Assembly: GCF_965363235.1 (NCBI RefSeq)
Contig: NC_134841.1
Coordinates: forward strand, 74,781,723-74,845,722
DNA length: 64,000 nt
From: Mytilus galloprovincialis
Taxonomy: Eukaryota
Reading direction: 5' to 3'
Part shown: positions 1-15,831 of the stretch, in pieces
Numbering within the stretch: the stretch's first letter is position 1
How the letters are laid out: the number at the start of each line of letters is the position of its first letter
Position numbers and translations under genes: made by a program
Notes under the pieces: model-generated
What the model saw: only the letters and a program-made list of their open reading frames with translations
Database searches by the model: none
What the model was told of the DNA's origin: nothing

Positions 1-3000
1 CTGCATTTGATTATGAGACAAAATTTGAATTTGACAGGAAAAGAGATAACTAATCTTTACTTCCTATAAATGTTTACATGTACTGAACAAGCTGTTGAGT
101 ATAAGTCCATTCATGTTAATTGACAACTTATTTGCTATTATCTTAAGGAGAATCAATATGAAAATGATATATATCTGAAGTTGATATTCCTCAGGTTACA
201 GATGTATATCAGCTTGTTATATTTATAGAAACTGACCTACATTTCCAAAGGGGAGGAGTTCATGTTCAAGGTACTGATCATGCCTCAGAAATTAGAAAAA
301 GATTGGCCTGAAATAAGAAAAGGAAAAGACAAGTTTTTAACTAAAATAAAATAGCATGCATTTAATTTTTTAGTGCAGAACATTATATTTAGGGTAAATT
401 TTTTTGTTTGCAATTCTATTTCAATTGTTTTTCACTATTTTACATGCAGATAGGCCAAAATTCATCATATAAGCTTAACTGCTATTTTCATGTCCCTGTG
501 TCACAGGCTAAGTAGACAGTAAGTGTAACTCTTGACTGTCCGTGCAACTTAAGTCCGTCTATCCTGTATTCCATCCTTCCTATTTCATTTCAGCTTAGGT
601 TTGCTTCATGCATATTTTCTGAAATTGATACACAATGTTAAGAACCTAAGTGACTAACAAATTGCAAAATTCCACAATCTCCAGAAATTTCAAAATAACC
701 ATTGTTATCATGTAAATTAAATGAATATTATTTGAAGAAAATGTATTGTTGGAGACCTGATAAAAAGTGGATGTACTGATATAACATTGATGACCTTTAC
801 ATTCCTGCATTTCCCCAAGCATTCCCAATGTCAAAATGCTGAAGTTATTACATCACAGTAAGAGTTCATTGTACGTTGTTGTCATTTATGCTAATTGACC
901 TCTCGATAACATCATAAATATAGCTCATTCTCATTCATAAAAATGAACCTGAAATTTGTCTTTATCCAAAATATACTTTATATAGCTGTACTTTGTGCAT
1001 CAAACATATTTGTTCTACATCTAGACAGCTATTTAAATCATTGGAAGGTCTTCCAAGAACTCTCAACTCCAAACAAGATTGGTTTTGCTCTTATGGTCTA
1101 CTATTTAAAGTAAATATGTACACAAATATTAAAAATACAAGCTACGTACACCTAAACTTGTTCTGTGGTTATCAATAATAGATATATAAATTATAAATAC
1201 ACCCTGCTCCGGTGCCAAATAGTAAGGTTTCCAAGTCTTGACTAAAATTACAAGTTCCCTTTATGGAATTAGATTGACCTTGGAACAAAGAGTACAAACC
1301 CATTAGTCTAAGCAGATGTGATGTATTTGTTCAACATTATGACTTTCACCAGAGGTTATTCAATCCTTGCACAGGGAGAATTAATGTAAATCTAAAATCT
1401 CTCTGGACATGAGAGAGATTATCCAGAATGAAAGCTGTTATCAAGATATGAAATATTTACTGGCATCATGGAATACTATATTGATTTTTCCTTGTTCAAT
1501 GCATTTGAAGTAAATGGCTCACAAAATTGTAATTTTTTTATGGTGCACTTTGCAAGTACTTGTATAGGTAGTAAAATTAAAGTGGATTGAATAATTCATA
1601 AAACCATATATTAAAGGAACAGATTTGTACATGTAATTGTATTTGATTGAATATAAGTATTTATTCTGGTGACAGCTTGTAAGTTCATAGAAATGTTGAC
1701 CAAGATATTGAAAGTCTTTCTTTTGATAAAATGGCATGTATATGATGTAGGATGAAAAATTTCATCACAAAAAAGGCCACCTATGGACCATCTACTAGGA
1801 GTTGTACACCCCTCTATACATGCTATATATGATAAGATCTACTCTCATAGCAGCAGAGGCTAATCAAGTTTAATGAAGAGTGCATTTGTTTCTAACAGGA
1901 AATTTTGTTATAGATGACTATGGTTTAGGAAACGTTACGCTGCTAGAAACAAATACATAGTTTAATAATCTTTATCGACCCAACGTAGTAGAGACAGAAA
2001 TAGATTACACTCACACACTGTAAACAAACAGGTAAAAGTGCGGGAAATGAATAACCAGGACTTTGCGAAAACAAAATGTGCTCGTAATAATTAAAACGAC
2101 AGATGCAGAAACAAAATTCATTGTTTACACGTCTCAACGATAAATGATCAACGATTACGCGATGTCAACATTGACCAAAAAATATAAGAAACAGATGGAT
2201 TAAACGACTCCGCGTGTAATCGTTTGCATCGTTTAGGTTAGAAACAAATGCGCTCGTAGTTCTGTACCTTGGCTACCTTTAAAAGAAAAACTCCAGTATT
2301 GAAAAGAGTCCAGTAGAGAGTAGCCCAACAACAAAATGAAACGAAAATGAATACTAGAGGTCAGCATAGGGTCTTTAATGCCAGAAAAGGGTACATGTAC
2401 ATACTATGTGTCAAAATCTAATTAGCCTCCCCTAAATCACTGACAATATATGCTTCCAAGAATAAAAATTGACTGAACAACTATAGTTATATATAGTACC
2501 TAAAAATAAAAAAGGGGAATTTACGATGACCCATAAACGTTACAATACAGCATGCCACACTGTTATATCCATTATTGTACATGTGCAAGAGATTTTCTTA
2601 AGATCTTAAATACAACAACTAACAATTAAGGTAGGAGCTGTAGATTGTATGACTTTGATTTTGAGGAAGAAAATATATTCAGATTTGTGTAATGTTGACT
2701 GGCATGATGAAAATACTTGTAAACTAATATTTCTGAATGTTATGTCTTTATTTAAGTCACATGTATTGGTGTTAAATATTTCTGTTGTATGTTTTATAAT
2801 TCATCAAACAAGTCATATTCTAAATCGGAGATGAAACAAAGAACTCTGAACTTTGATATGAGTTATATATACAAAGTATATTTATTTATTTCATCTTTGT
2901 TACTGAATTAATTTAGGTCTGAGCCCAGGGACATGACCAATTATTGACCTAAGCCATTATTCATTCTCGGTAAACTTCTTACATATTGGCTAATATCACT

Positions 3001-6000
3001 TCTGTATATTAATAATAATAATGTAGTACTTTTAGATAATGAATATATATGATTTGTTGCTTATATAGGCATAGATGATCCATTTACATACATGTAATTA
3101 ATGAGATGAAGATATTTATAATGGGGAAAACACACCTTAATTTAGTAAATACTGGTGTTAAATGAAATGTAAATTTATACATGTTCAATGTGCGTCACAG
3201 ACAATGTGTGTGAAAAAAGAGTCTGATATTGATCAACAACTGGAAGTTTTTCCCTTTTTCCAGATACTGGGTGAGTTTGCTGATCTTTCTCCCAGCATTT
3301 CAAGACTTGATTTATAAGACTGACCAATTCTATAATTAAGCTCTATAAGTCTGGGATTTAAAAAAAAAGAAGGACATTTTGAACACAGGTCATCTTTGTT
3401 GTCAATGGTTGAGTAAATACTCAACGGGATGAAACCAAGTTTTTTGGTGTGGTTATCTCAATTATTAGTTCTCTGTGTAGTGTTTCGATGGCTGTTGTTG
3501 GTCCTTTTTCCTTGTTACGAGTATCTGTTTTTCTCTGACTTGTTGTTTTTGATTGCTACCATGGTATATTCTCCCTGTTTTCTGAAAGTTTTACTGGATT
3601 TAGAATCGTTTATTGTTTTGAATCAATTTGACAAAAGGAATGATTTGACCAGTCTTCTTCCCTGTTTTGAAGTTTTTATTATATATATATCTAAAAAAAA
3701 GTTTGGCCTAAAACAACAAATAGGTTTCTTTGACTACATGCTTTATATGTGCTTTGAATATCTTAACAGTCTGATCTATATACCTAGATATATATAAATA
3801 TAAGTAAACCTTCAGAACCTGACATTTTATATGAAATATATAAGTAATCCAATTTCCATATATAAATCTTAGATTTTTTATACCTTAAACAATTTTTTTT
3901 TTATATATGCATTTTTATATTTGTGTAATTTTGTAAACTGTTTGAAAATTGATTAAATTTTTTTTTTCTTCATATAAATTTCATAACCTTGTCTGAAATT
4001 TGTCTAATATTCTGAGATTCTGTGATTGGCTGAGTTTGTGAGGCCGAATTTGTTATAGGCTGAGTTTATAATAGTCTTGAGAACGTTCTTCTCTGAGTCA
4101 TAAGGGAGTCCAGCGGAAGTAGTAATATCAGAAACTGATAATAATGACGGAAAATACATCTGGAAATCATTTTATTTCAAATCATTCCCTAAATAACAAA
4201 AATAATTGTTTGGAAGGAAAACACACTACAGTTTGTATACTACTTTAAGGGTATAGAATTATATTGATTACTGTAATCTGAAAATCATCAGGCTGCTGTC
4301 CCATTGACATATAGTCCACTTCACCTATGTCTATCAGTTTTCACTTGTCAAAGTGTCAATTTCAATAGCACACTAATTATATATTTTTTTTAAATGTTGT
4401 ATAGACTATTTGCTACCTCTAGTTTTGATATTATGACTTAAAGATGTTCAGGGTTTGATCAATTAGGTATGATATTGTTCTTAATTTCTACACCTATGGT
4501 CTAAAAGTGTTTTGCTTAGGTATGTTAAACAAGAAGACAGATATTAGAATGTTACCGTCTGACACCTGTACTCTATTAGGTTCTATGATATATGTAGTAC
4601 ATTTCTTTAAACTGACATATAAGGTCAGGACTTCTGTTTCTGAGGTGTGAGTTAATGAGTTTTGGGTCAATTTGTATCTATATATGGTGTAAAAATTTAT
4701 ATATAACAGTTTACTAAAGGAGGCTTACAACATGTACAGCACATGTCTCAATAGATCAACAATAAAACCTGTTACAAGAGCCTGCAAATCTTGTGCCAAT
4801 CTAACAATTTTTCAAATTGTTTGAGGGCCAACAGACAACACAAACAAAAAATTTGACGATTTTCACTTAGTCAATGCATAATTCATTATTCCTTCATTCC
4901 TCTATATAACTTTAATCCATCTCCTTTGAATATTGAATTTAGTGGAAAATTGGGACAAACTAAAGTGTTATATTCATAGCTGATTGTTTAATGGTGTCAT
5001 TTCCTGACAGAATTTCCAGCAATTACATGTGCAAAATTGATGCTAATGAAATGTTTTGGTTAGAACAGGCTTCTGAAAACCAATCCTTCATATAGTGGGT
5101 AGAAAAGTTATCTTCAGGAAATTCTGACTTAATCATGTGCTTGAAAACTTGTGGTAAAAGGGAGTAAAGATTAAGACCCTGACTTCCTGTTCAATTACAC
5201 TTTTGTTTTGGTCAGACACTGGATTCTTTTGTATATACATGTAGCTAGCATATTCCTCTTTTTGACCTTGAAGATAAACAAATATGTTTCAGGCTGTACA
5301 TTATTAGTTTTATTTGCCAATGTCAACAAATATCCACACACATTTTATGAAAAGAAATCTATGTATTTTGAAATTGATTTCTCTTTTGAAACTAAACAAT
5401 AACAATGATTAGACATATGCCATTCACTCAGTGTGAAATATATATATTTATTCAAACACTTGACCTCGATCTAATAATAAAGATTATTCGAAACCAATAC
5501 CAGTTCCAATCAATAATATCAAAATTGTATCTGACACAACATGTGATGTTAAAAGTTAGAATATACCTATTTGAAAGTAAAATTTCATTTCCATTATTTC
5601 ATAACATATTGGATAATGAAGTCATGGCCTAGTTTTTTGACTTGTTGATGATGTGTTGTGAAATATGAAGATTTAAATGTTTGTCATGACGTCAACAGTC
5701 CCAGTTACTAGACAAACAATTCTGCGTACATGTAATTGGTGGGCTAAGTACATTTCTAAGTATTAAATCAAGTTTATGTTTATTTGTCCTTGCTCAAACT
5801 TCCTCATGCTTGTTCTTTTATTCAAAACTTTAAAATCTAAATTAAATTATGACATAAAAATTACGTTTAAAAGGAAATGTTCATCTGTTGTCAGGATGTT
5901 ATGTGATCATCGATTTTTACTCCTACACTGGATTAGTAACAGTGAAAACGTTCATTACTATAACAAAGATTGCACCACATTTTTGTGGCATCTGTTTAGG

Positions 6001-9000
6001 TGTGGGGTTAATGTTTGCGTCTCTCACAAATTTAAATATTCCTTTGTCTAGTATGTTCAAAGCAAAGTGTTTCATAAATTTATGATTCAATCCAACCTTA
6101 ATGTTGCTTGGTTTAAACCAGTCCTTGGAAACACACTTGAGTTCAGTAATTTTGAGTAACCAGAATCAGGCATGACTTAATTGAAATGCAACAGGCTGAG
6201 AATTACAGAAAAACAAGGAAATTGTGGATTACTCGGAAAAAGACATAAAAATATACCTGTATAGGAAATCAGATCATTTTGGTTCATTGATTTTGTTTTT
6301 ATTTATTTTAAAATATGTAGTATGTTTAAATCAGAGGAAGACATGCTTTTGATGGTCATGTTTTGAACAGGAAGAGACTGACTGAATAAACAGGATAAAC
6401 CTGTATAAACAATTCTCCCTTCCCTTTGTCTGCATAGTAAAGCTCAAGAGTACATGAATTGTTTATTAGTTTCAAGATAATGTGTTGTAGCTTTTCCTAG
6501 AATTTTAATTTTCTACAAAAATGGTGGTATTGATTATGGTTAAAACTTATGAATCTAATTATATAATATATTGACATAGTGCAACATGTTGCCAAATGGA
6601 ATTTGATATTTTTAAATTTGATATGCTACTTTAAATGATGTGAGCTGGTGTATGTACATATAGGGAGTGAATATTATAAAAATCATAAAACAGTAAAATT
6701 CTTCCTTTTCCTGTTTTATAATCCTGGTACCTTTGATAACTACTGTCACAACTAGATATGATTTTAGATTGAACCTTGCTTTTAAAAGCTTACCAGGGAG
6801 AAATCAAATTTATTTCAAATCTGATAGAATTATCATTAAAACAAAGCATTTTCATCCAGCAACACATTACATAATCATGAGATTCTTCTTAGTTTTACCT
6901 TCCCAGGGTCAAATGTGTGGTGTGGTGAGACATTCCATTAAATATGCTTACTCAGCAGGTTTAATGACGATGTTAATTTTGTTTTGCATGCTACAATAGT
7001 TAAGGTACATATAGGTAAGATATAGGTTTAACTCCCGGTCAGAAGAAACACCTGCTTTCAAAATTTGTAAATAACCCCAGTAAACAATATCTGCACTTTG
7101 ACTTGATCTTATCCGCTTTCACCTTCAAGTCCTCGTATTATAAACAAAAATGTGTGGAGGTATTTCATGATGATACCTTGTCACCTGACTTTGACTACGG
7201 TACTTTTTCATGCTTTAGTGGGCTGGATAATTATTTCAAGATGAACCCCAGTGGTTGGGTTGTGTTCAAGATAAGGTTCTGTCACAGGTAGTTTTGAGAT
7301 CTTTTCGTTGGTGAGTTAGTGAAACACCTCATTTTCATGGTTTAGTAAATCAGATTTTACTTATCCATACTGTTACTTTCTATTACTGAACTTGTTAGAT
7401 TCAAGACCTCATTTACCTGAGCAAGACATTTATGTGTGTCCTCTTTTGTTATTAATTTGTTTTTACTGTTGATAATAATTTTGTGGTTTACTTGTACACA
7501 TTATGATCCATCTTTAATGACATTTTTTTTGCTGCGTATATGATAATTGTTAAATTACTAAACTAGATTTGTTTGCATTTAAGGTTTCAGGAAATCTATT
7601 GTTTATTCATAAGGCCTAATTAGCATGAGTCATTTACATGTATGGTTTATATGAAAATATTGTGAAGAGACAACATTTCATCATGTATCCAAAGTTGAAT
7701 TTTGAAATTCTTCTTTTGATAAGTACATAAATCTAATTTAAACTTAATTATCATAAAATTGTCATCTTCAGTGACAAACAGAGATATAGTAAACCAGAAA
7801 TGATGTCCTTGTTACAATTTAATGCACATATTTTATTTATTAACTGCATATATATCACCAATACGAGTCCAGCATATATAAGACAAATATATGTTAAAGT
7901 AGCAGTACTTATAGCTACAACATATTCAGTTATCTAGTCATTTAAGTCCAGTTGCAGGAATATATCTAAAATTTAAAAGTGTATGTTTTCGTACATTTAA
8001 AGAAAATTTTTAATATCTTTTTAAAAAAAGCTATTTCTACATTGTCTAGATACAGAACCAGTCTTAAGACAATATCACTGCAGTTTGTTTTTTTTAAAAG
8101 AAAGACAACTCTAGCATATATGTTCATTTATAAACTAAGTCACTTTACAAAGTTGCTTCTTAAGTATTGTGTTTATATCTTTATGTTATGTCCCATCTCC
8201 TCTAAACGGAGATAAAGTGTGAATAAAGTGTGACTAATGACCATCTTTTTGTTTGCTATCGAATAAAACAGTTGTCTAGCTTTAATTTCTTTCTGCCTGT
8301 AGAATTGGAGCAGATTTTTGGTTTATAAGTCTTATAATAGTATTTACACTGTTGACGTTGTTACATTACATCTAGTTCTATAGCAAAGCATCACAGTTTA
8401 TGATATTAGTACACAGTAATGTTAATTAGTACTGAATTCAGACCTCTCAGGGCCTTATTTTCACAGCAGATGTGATGGAGGTGTAACTCAATAAATAAGT
8501 CAGAATTAATTGGTTAGGGATTAAAGGATGTCAGGTTGTAAAGTTTAGATCAGAGTATGTAGAGGATTCTTTTATTTATTTTGCTTCCTTAATTGATACA
8601 TGATTGTACTTTCAGAATCATAAGAATGATTTATTAACCTTTATGTACTGAACTTAGACAATGCATACACTTTATTTCATTACTTTTATAGGGACATTTA
8701 AAAATCAAAGCATGTTCCAGTTAAGCAAAGATACATGTAGACAGTCATGTTTACCTGGAAGGAAAATTGATGAAACGATCAGTTGATTGTAACCAAAAGA
8801 TTGTAGACTGTCTGATTTGACATTTCTTTGGAAAAAAATTCTTAAGATATGGACTTGGAATTAATTTTGATTTTATTTTTTCCTGTTGCACAGTCAAAAC
8901 CCAGTATACTGAACAGAAAATTCATTGAAATCCTATACACCACTTGAAATATTCAAATGAAAATTCTTGTGTACAGTACAGAAATGTTAGTTATTAAAAT

Positions 9001-12000
9001 TGTATACATGTATCAAATTAGATAGTCGATTCTAGTCTGTTGTGTATGATTATTTTGCCTATCTAATTTTAAAAATAGAGATAAAAACCAACAAAACCCA
9101 TGTTTGATTCATATACCTAACACTTGAAAAAATCTATAACTTTCATTAAAACATTGAGATTTCTTGAATTAACATATACACCTTCCTAGATAAAACTGTT
9201 GGGATTGTGTATGTTTGGTATGTCTGGAATTTGATATAAAGTACAAGTAATTAGATTTACTACTTTAATCCAGGTTTTTGCAATTGGTAAAAAATAATCT
9301 GTTCAACAAAGCTAAGTTAAAAGGTATTACATATGTTAATTCCAGTATTAATTTCTGTAGATCATGGTAGACAGTAGTTATGCACTATTAGGCAAATTTA
9401 ACCTTATGTCATTCAAAACAAAATTTTGCCTCAAGTGTAAACAAATTTTCAGATCCGCCTGGCCCTAGAAGCTATACAAATTTATTTCGCTATAATTAAC
9501 TTCATGGTTTTTTCACAATACATATAGATTGGAAGTCATTGAACTGTTGTTTATTATCTGTTTTAAAGTTTATGGAAGTCTATATTTTAAAAGGGTATTT
9601 TTATTAACATCATAGCTGTATGGTATATGAGGTTAACCTTTCGGATAGAAAAACAGCAAAACAGCAATGACATCACAGTCTATACCACATGCCAAACTTT
9701 AATTGTCTGGAGTTTTACTTGTCTTATGTTCAGAAAAGTTGTGGCTACCAAAGATTTGCAATTTAGGCTAAACATGTTTGCAGAACAAAAAGCTGTATTT
9801 AAAAAAAAAGAAACCGACAACCACCAAGGTTCATGACTTTGTGGTGCAGTATTCACTATTCAGGCACATTTTTTTGTATAGCACAATCCTTAGAAACTTG
9901 TCTTATGAATAAACAATGTACTTTTGATGTTTAAGGTGGATCGGGACTATTCGACTGCACATAATTTCACGCATGAATTACAATGTATTTTTCTTAAATT
10001 CGATATTATTTTTTTTAAATATTTTGATTGATTAGAAATGTTAAATCATTGTTGTTATGTCACTAAAAGAATATTTTCATTATAAGGTGTATCTGTTAAA
10101 GGCTCAAAATGACATTTCACCCATTTTCACCATTTTCCCGCCAAAATTTGGGTTTTAAGGCAAAATAATTTTTTTTCCTTATCGGTGACCTATGTTTTTG
10201 ATTTGCTCATTCTTTGAAGCTATATTTCAGCTTTATATATTACAGTTTTGGACAAAGTGTCATAGAATGTTTTTTTGATATTCCAATAAAAATATGTCAA
10301 CACTTCTATTTTCCCTATCATTTCAAAATTGAAAAATGGTCCCATTTATATACCTGTTTAAAAGTAAAATTTTGAGCTTAAATGGTCTGTGACCCCCTAT
10401 TTTTTTTAGACCAATTTTATTCACCTTCCGTAAAGAATAAAATAACTGAAAATAAGGCACTTCTGGTAGAAACTTAGTATAGGCCCAAGCCACCTTAATA
10501 TGAAAATGTTCTTATGCTGTAGATGTTAAAAAAAACAGAAATCCTTGTCCTGTATTCATGTTTTTTTTGTTGGCCAAAACACCTGAGAGATTATTATTTT
10601 TGAAGATTCTGTTGCAATATTTTGACCATGTGTTGTTTTGATCGTTTACAGTAATCATTGAACTCTGTTACACAATATATCCTTGTTACTTTATCCCATT
10701 GCTTGGTCCGTGATATGAAAAGTTAAGTTTCATTTGTACAAAAAGGGATATATGATACACCTCCCAATCCTCCTTGTTGTGTTTTGATCGTCTAATCCTA
10801 AGCAAAATAGTATTTCTATACTGCATAACACCTTATGAATCAATAACTTTTTTAACAAACAATCCTACGAAAAAATATACATTTCAGCATAATTTACTAT
10901 AAAATTGTGTTATATCGTAATATTTGTTTGTGAAAGAAATGCAGGACTTTGTGTAGTGAGCAGTTCATGTTTCCTAGTCTTTACTAAAGTTGATAAGAAA
11001 GAAAGATATTAGCACGTTTGTAGAGATACTAAACTTCTTGAGATGCAATCTTTAATTTTTATCTGGTATCTAAAAATGGCTTTATCATGGTTATTGCACA
11101 AAATCTAGTCATGCAATTGTTTGTTCCAATCAGTTTTTCACTACATTGGTTTTTCTGATGTGTGTATGCATATTATTTTTTTCCTTCACTCATAGGATAT
11201 ATGATAAGTGTTTCTGCCATGTGATGTTTTGACTGTTGAGTAAAGGTCGGTCAGAGCTGGTCTAGATAGAAGACAATAATTATGTGTAAGTTCAAAGCCT
11301 TATTTCTCAACCATTGTATCCTTAGATGTCACGTACATGAATGTTGGTAAATAAACTATATTTGTATTATCTCTTTCACCAAAGGCCAGTAAGTATATAA
11401 ATGAAAGTTAAAAGTTGACTAATATTGGCAGTGGTCCAAATGTTATCAAGTGTTGGAAATTCTATTAAATGATCTCTTAATTGTTATATTGATATCTGGT
11501 CAGGTAATTGAATCTGACTGTAAAACATACCTACTTAAGTTCATTAGTAGGTAATTGATGCAACAGGGGGTCAAGTGGGATAAAGCTTCTGTAATATCAG
11601 AATTTATTGTATGCAGGTATTATTGCAATTTTTGAAGAATGGACAAAAATGCAACATTTTAGTATTGCAATTGCAAGATAATCTGCATCATGATATATAT
11701 ATGTATCTGATTGCGAGTTCTTATTGCAAAACATACCCAGCATTATTTGCATTAATAAAAACCACACAATAATTACTGAATTAACAGTATTCAAATGGTA
11801 ACAGATATTTTATGATGTTTTTGTCTGTTGTTATGACGGATCTTCCAATACAAAAGAAGAAAATTGATAAAACAAAAAATTGGGAAAATTTCCAATTTCT
11901 TCTGAATTTATTTTTTTAAAGGTTTGATTAAAGTCTTTTGAAGGACTTTAAGGTTCAAATGAAGATTTTATTCTGAGAATTAAACATCTTAAAGAAGTCA

Positions 12001-13188
12001 CACAAACAAATACAGGAAGTTAAACAGAAAAGGAAATATGTCAAGAAACAAGTGTTATCAATTTATGAGGGATTGTTGCCAGTCTTGAAATCATTGTTGA
12101 GTGAAAATTTTCACACAATTTATTTTCTTTTAGCATTTAAGAAGATCTTTCTTATTAATTGGACTGTGAAACAATCCTCTTAATTCATTTGAAGTCTATC
12201 AAGTCTAAATACTACAAAGGTTTTATGTAAAGTTCATCTGAAGTTTGTATGGTGAAGGGTTCTAAAGTTAGAATCATTTATAAACCAATGACCTTACAAT
12301 TGTCATTTGCTGCTGCTCTATCAAGCAAGTTAGTCTGAAGCATTCTGCATTTAGTAACTATCAGAATAGTATATGCTAAACAGACAGAAATCCCATTCCT
12401 CATTAAAGTCCAGAAAATATTAAAGGGACCATATTAAAAGAGGTTGTTGTATCTGCATGTGTCAGGGTAATGAATTTGTGACATTTGCTATTCTTTTCTA
12501 TGTTGCATTGTATCTATGACTGATTTATTGTATCTTTAGAAAAATGATTTATAGGATAGTGTCTGACCAATTTATTTACATGGAATAGTAATTGACTTCT
12601 TCATGTATTATATACCATAGTAAATGACTTATTAATCAGGTGTACTTATTGATTTTTACTGCATAATGGGTTTTGACATGGTAGCTATTGTCTTTACAAA
12701 AATAGACTTAAAATGTAGGTTAGTGAAATGAGGGTAATTAATGAAAAAGATAAAAAAAAAATCTGAAGCCTTTCAAAAAATTTCTTACAAGTTAGCTCTT
12801 TTGGACCTTGAATGTGTTTAATTGAATAAGCCTGTGGATGTTATACATATTGTTTATGTAGAATATTACTCTTGTTTTGGTTGATCACATATATCTCTGA
12901 AATAGGAGTTCTGAAATCTCGACCCAGACACTTGACTTCAGAGAGAGATTTCATTATTTTTTCAACAGTAAAAGTTATTGTATATATATGAGTATGGTCA
13001 TTTGCACATATATAATATACATTCTAATGCAACAACATTTGTAACGTTCATTTTGATTGGATAACGTCACTTTCTTACATGGCATCAATTGACAATTGAT
13101 GATATGGGACGTACGCGCAAGCGCAGACGGCATATGACAGATTTTAAATACATGTTTTAACGTTGTTTTCTGTCAGTTTCATTAGAAT

Positions 13189-13355
13189 GGAGATAACAAT
13201 ATTGTATTTTAAGCTCCGACGGCATCAATTTGGGATTTGATGGTCGCAAATACCCGTTTACTGTCTCCGCTAGCGCGTCGCCAGTAAACTTAATTTGCGA
13301 CCATCAAATCCCCAATTGATGCCGTCAGAGCTTAAAATACAATACAGTTATCTCC
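13189..13355. repeat. MITE-like palindromic element, copy 1 (arms ~65 bp, centre GCTAGC; outer motif TATTTTAAGCTCCGAC)
   Basis: Seen: GGAGATAACAATATTGTATTTTAAGCTCCGACGGCATCAATTTGGGATTTGATGGTCGCAAAT ... ATTTGCGACCATCAAATCCCCAATTGATGCCGTCAGAGCTTAAAATACAATACAGTTATCTCC is a near-perfect inverted repeat around a GC-rich centre. Related copy at 38186-38330. Sits ~90 bp upstream of the amine-oxidase exon. Confidence 0.5.
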
Positions 13356-13443
13356 TATTTGCTCAAGGAGCATAGATCTCTAGCATGACAGTAAAACAAA
13401 TGTATTTGTTTTCATTGGTATATATTCTTACCTTTCTTTTTCA

Positions 13444-13562
13444 GGACCAGATGGGGAAATAACCCTTACACCAGAGGATCATATAGTTTCCTGAAAGTAG
13501 GAGCTCAGGCCGTAGATGTAGATGCTCTGTCAGAACCCTTAATGGGGTCAGAATCTGATAAG
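13444..13562 (+). CDS. Polyamine oxidase (PAOX/SMOX-like, flavin amine oxidase) penultimate coding exon
   Basis: Acceptor cctttcttttcag|G. Translation (phase 2 start): TRWGNNPYTRGSYSFLKVGAQAVDVDALSEPLMGSESDK, then donor GTGAGA. Matches the conserved ..RW.S.PY.RGSYSY..G....D.D.L..PL.. block of vertebrate PAOX/SMOX (established knowledge). Confidence 0.7.
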
Positions 13563-15687
13563 GTGAGAGAGATCATTATGAAACTTCAATGATAAAAGAA
13601 GTGACTTTCAGGATATGAGAAAACTTTCAAGACCCACTTATTGATTGTTGTACTGTAAATTCAGAAATTATTGCGTGCATTTATTATTGCGATTTTGTTA
13701 TTTTAGACTTAAATGCAATTTTAAATTTTATGATTTTTGAGAAAAAAATCCAGTATTAATTCATATAAAATATTTCAAAATGCAAGTTTAAATTATGGCA
13801 TTTTTGGCTATAGTAAAAACCTCACAACAATTTCTGAATTTACAGTATTTAGAAATAAGATGTGGTATGTGTGTCAGTGAGACAACCCTCCATCCAAGTC
13901 ACAATTTGTAAAAATTAACAATAACAGATCAAAATACGCACTTCAACTCGGAGCCTTGGCTCACACCAAACAGCAAACTGTAATGAAAATTGAACCTGCA
14001 AAGCTGGATTAAGGTCAAGTTGCTAAGATTACATATTCAGCATGAGAGCAATTAAACAAATTATCAAACAAAAAGGTATAAAATGTAGGATTACTGGAAT
14101 GGAGCTTAGGAAGTTTGGTCTGGACTATAAATAAAGAAGAAAAACAATGTTAGATCTGCAAATTTGCATCAGCAAAGTTTTGTTCTTCCCTCAGTGGAAC
14201 CCTTGCTGTTGTGACATCTTGGCAACACAGTCTGGGACTGTGTCTAGTGCCCTAGACCTCTTGATTAACTAAGCAATATAAAATGTAGCTTTGTTTATTT
14301 TGAGTAATGCCTTATTAATATATTCCTGTGTAATAGACACAACACAAATGTTGTAATCATCAAATGGGTTTAGACTAGTAAAAACTGAATCCAAAGGGAA
14401 AATTTATCTGAGCACCAACTGACTCCTTGTCAACATATCATAAACAAACCTATATATTGACAAATTAGTATTTACTTTAGTTACCTGTAATTCATGTCTT
14501 GACCTACTTTCAAAAGAATAATCCATTATAGATTTTTTATGTACATTGACCAGGTTATATTATTTAAGTCTGATAAAGTTTTTGTTTAGGTGGATGATAT
14601 TGTTTAAAAAGAAAACTGCATGATATATATGCACATACTTTAAACTTTCTTTTGATTATGTTTAGATTATCTTTTCTCAGTGTTCTGCTGAAATAGAATT
14701 AGTTTGAGAATATAATTTAATGAGATTTTTTTTTACATTTTTGAGACATTGAACTTTTGATCAGCAGATTGTTATAGTGTTACATTCATTTATATGGTAT
14801 ATGTTGAATGAAGGTCATCTTGAAGCAATAAAATATCTCTTTTTTGTTTGGCATGAATAATAGTAAGCTTTGTTAATGTATTTATATTAGAAAGTAACAA
14901 AGTTTTTTTGTAGTATTGCTCATTTATAATGACATAATTTTTCTAGTTGAGAAAGTCACATTAATAAGTTGCGCCATGAAAGACTTTGGTTCACAGTACT
15001 TTAAAGCCATGTTTTTATGCTTTGAAAAAATCAAAAAAATCAGGGGAATTAGTGCTTCTTTTTCACCAGTAACCAGAAAAGTGAATGCTTTTGATGAAGT
15101 ATTGACAAATTTTCTCCAAATCTTTTTGTCTTGTGATGAGAAAAGTTTAATTCATATCACATGAAGCTTAGAGTTCAAATAAACATCACCAGATGTCGGT
15201 GTATGACATCAACTTGAAATTAACAACAAAAAAATGTCAATAACAATAAAAAATGAAAATATTTTAGATAAACAACATGATCATGACCTAATCTTTTTTA
15301 TCTGTTATTTCAAAAATCTTATCAAATTATTAATTGTTAATTATGTATTTCCCACATGCACAATTAATAATAATCAAATCAAGGTTGAATAGCTATTAAC
15401 CATTTCTATTTCAAACATTGCCTTATGTCCATAGAAATATACAACAAAACATGAATGAGGATAGATTGATTTCATTACTTTTACAATTGCTTATTTTAAA
15501 CTTTATAGAATACAGTCTGAAACAAAAAAAATAATTCGTTATAAATAAGAATACTGGGTTTGGTTTGCCTTGTTCATTCATTGCATGTTTACCAGCATTC
15601 TTACAATATTTTACATTACAGATAAGAATATACACAAACAAAACAATTATAATAGTCTGAAGATCATCTTTTTCTAAGTACTAATAA

Positions 15688-15831
<144 letters not shown>

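Noticed and set aside
3429-3797. 122-aa hydrophobic ORF
   Set aside because: T-rich low-complexity translation (L/F/V runs) with no domain signature.
7103-7291. ORF ending in CACAG|GTAG that could be an upstream amine-oxidase exon (FHDDTLSPDFDYGTFSCFSG)
   Set aside because: No recognisable PAOX/SMOX motif, weak donor, and composition typical of the AT-rich noncoding background.
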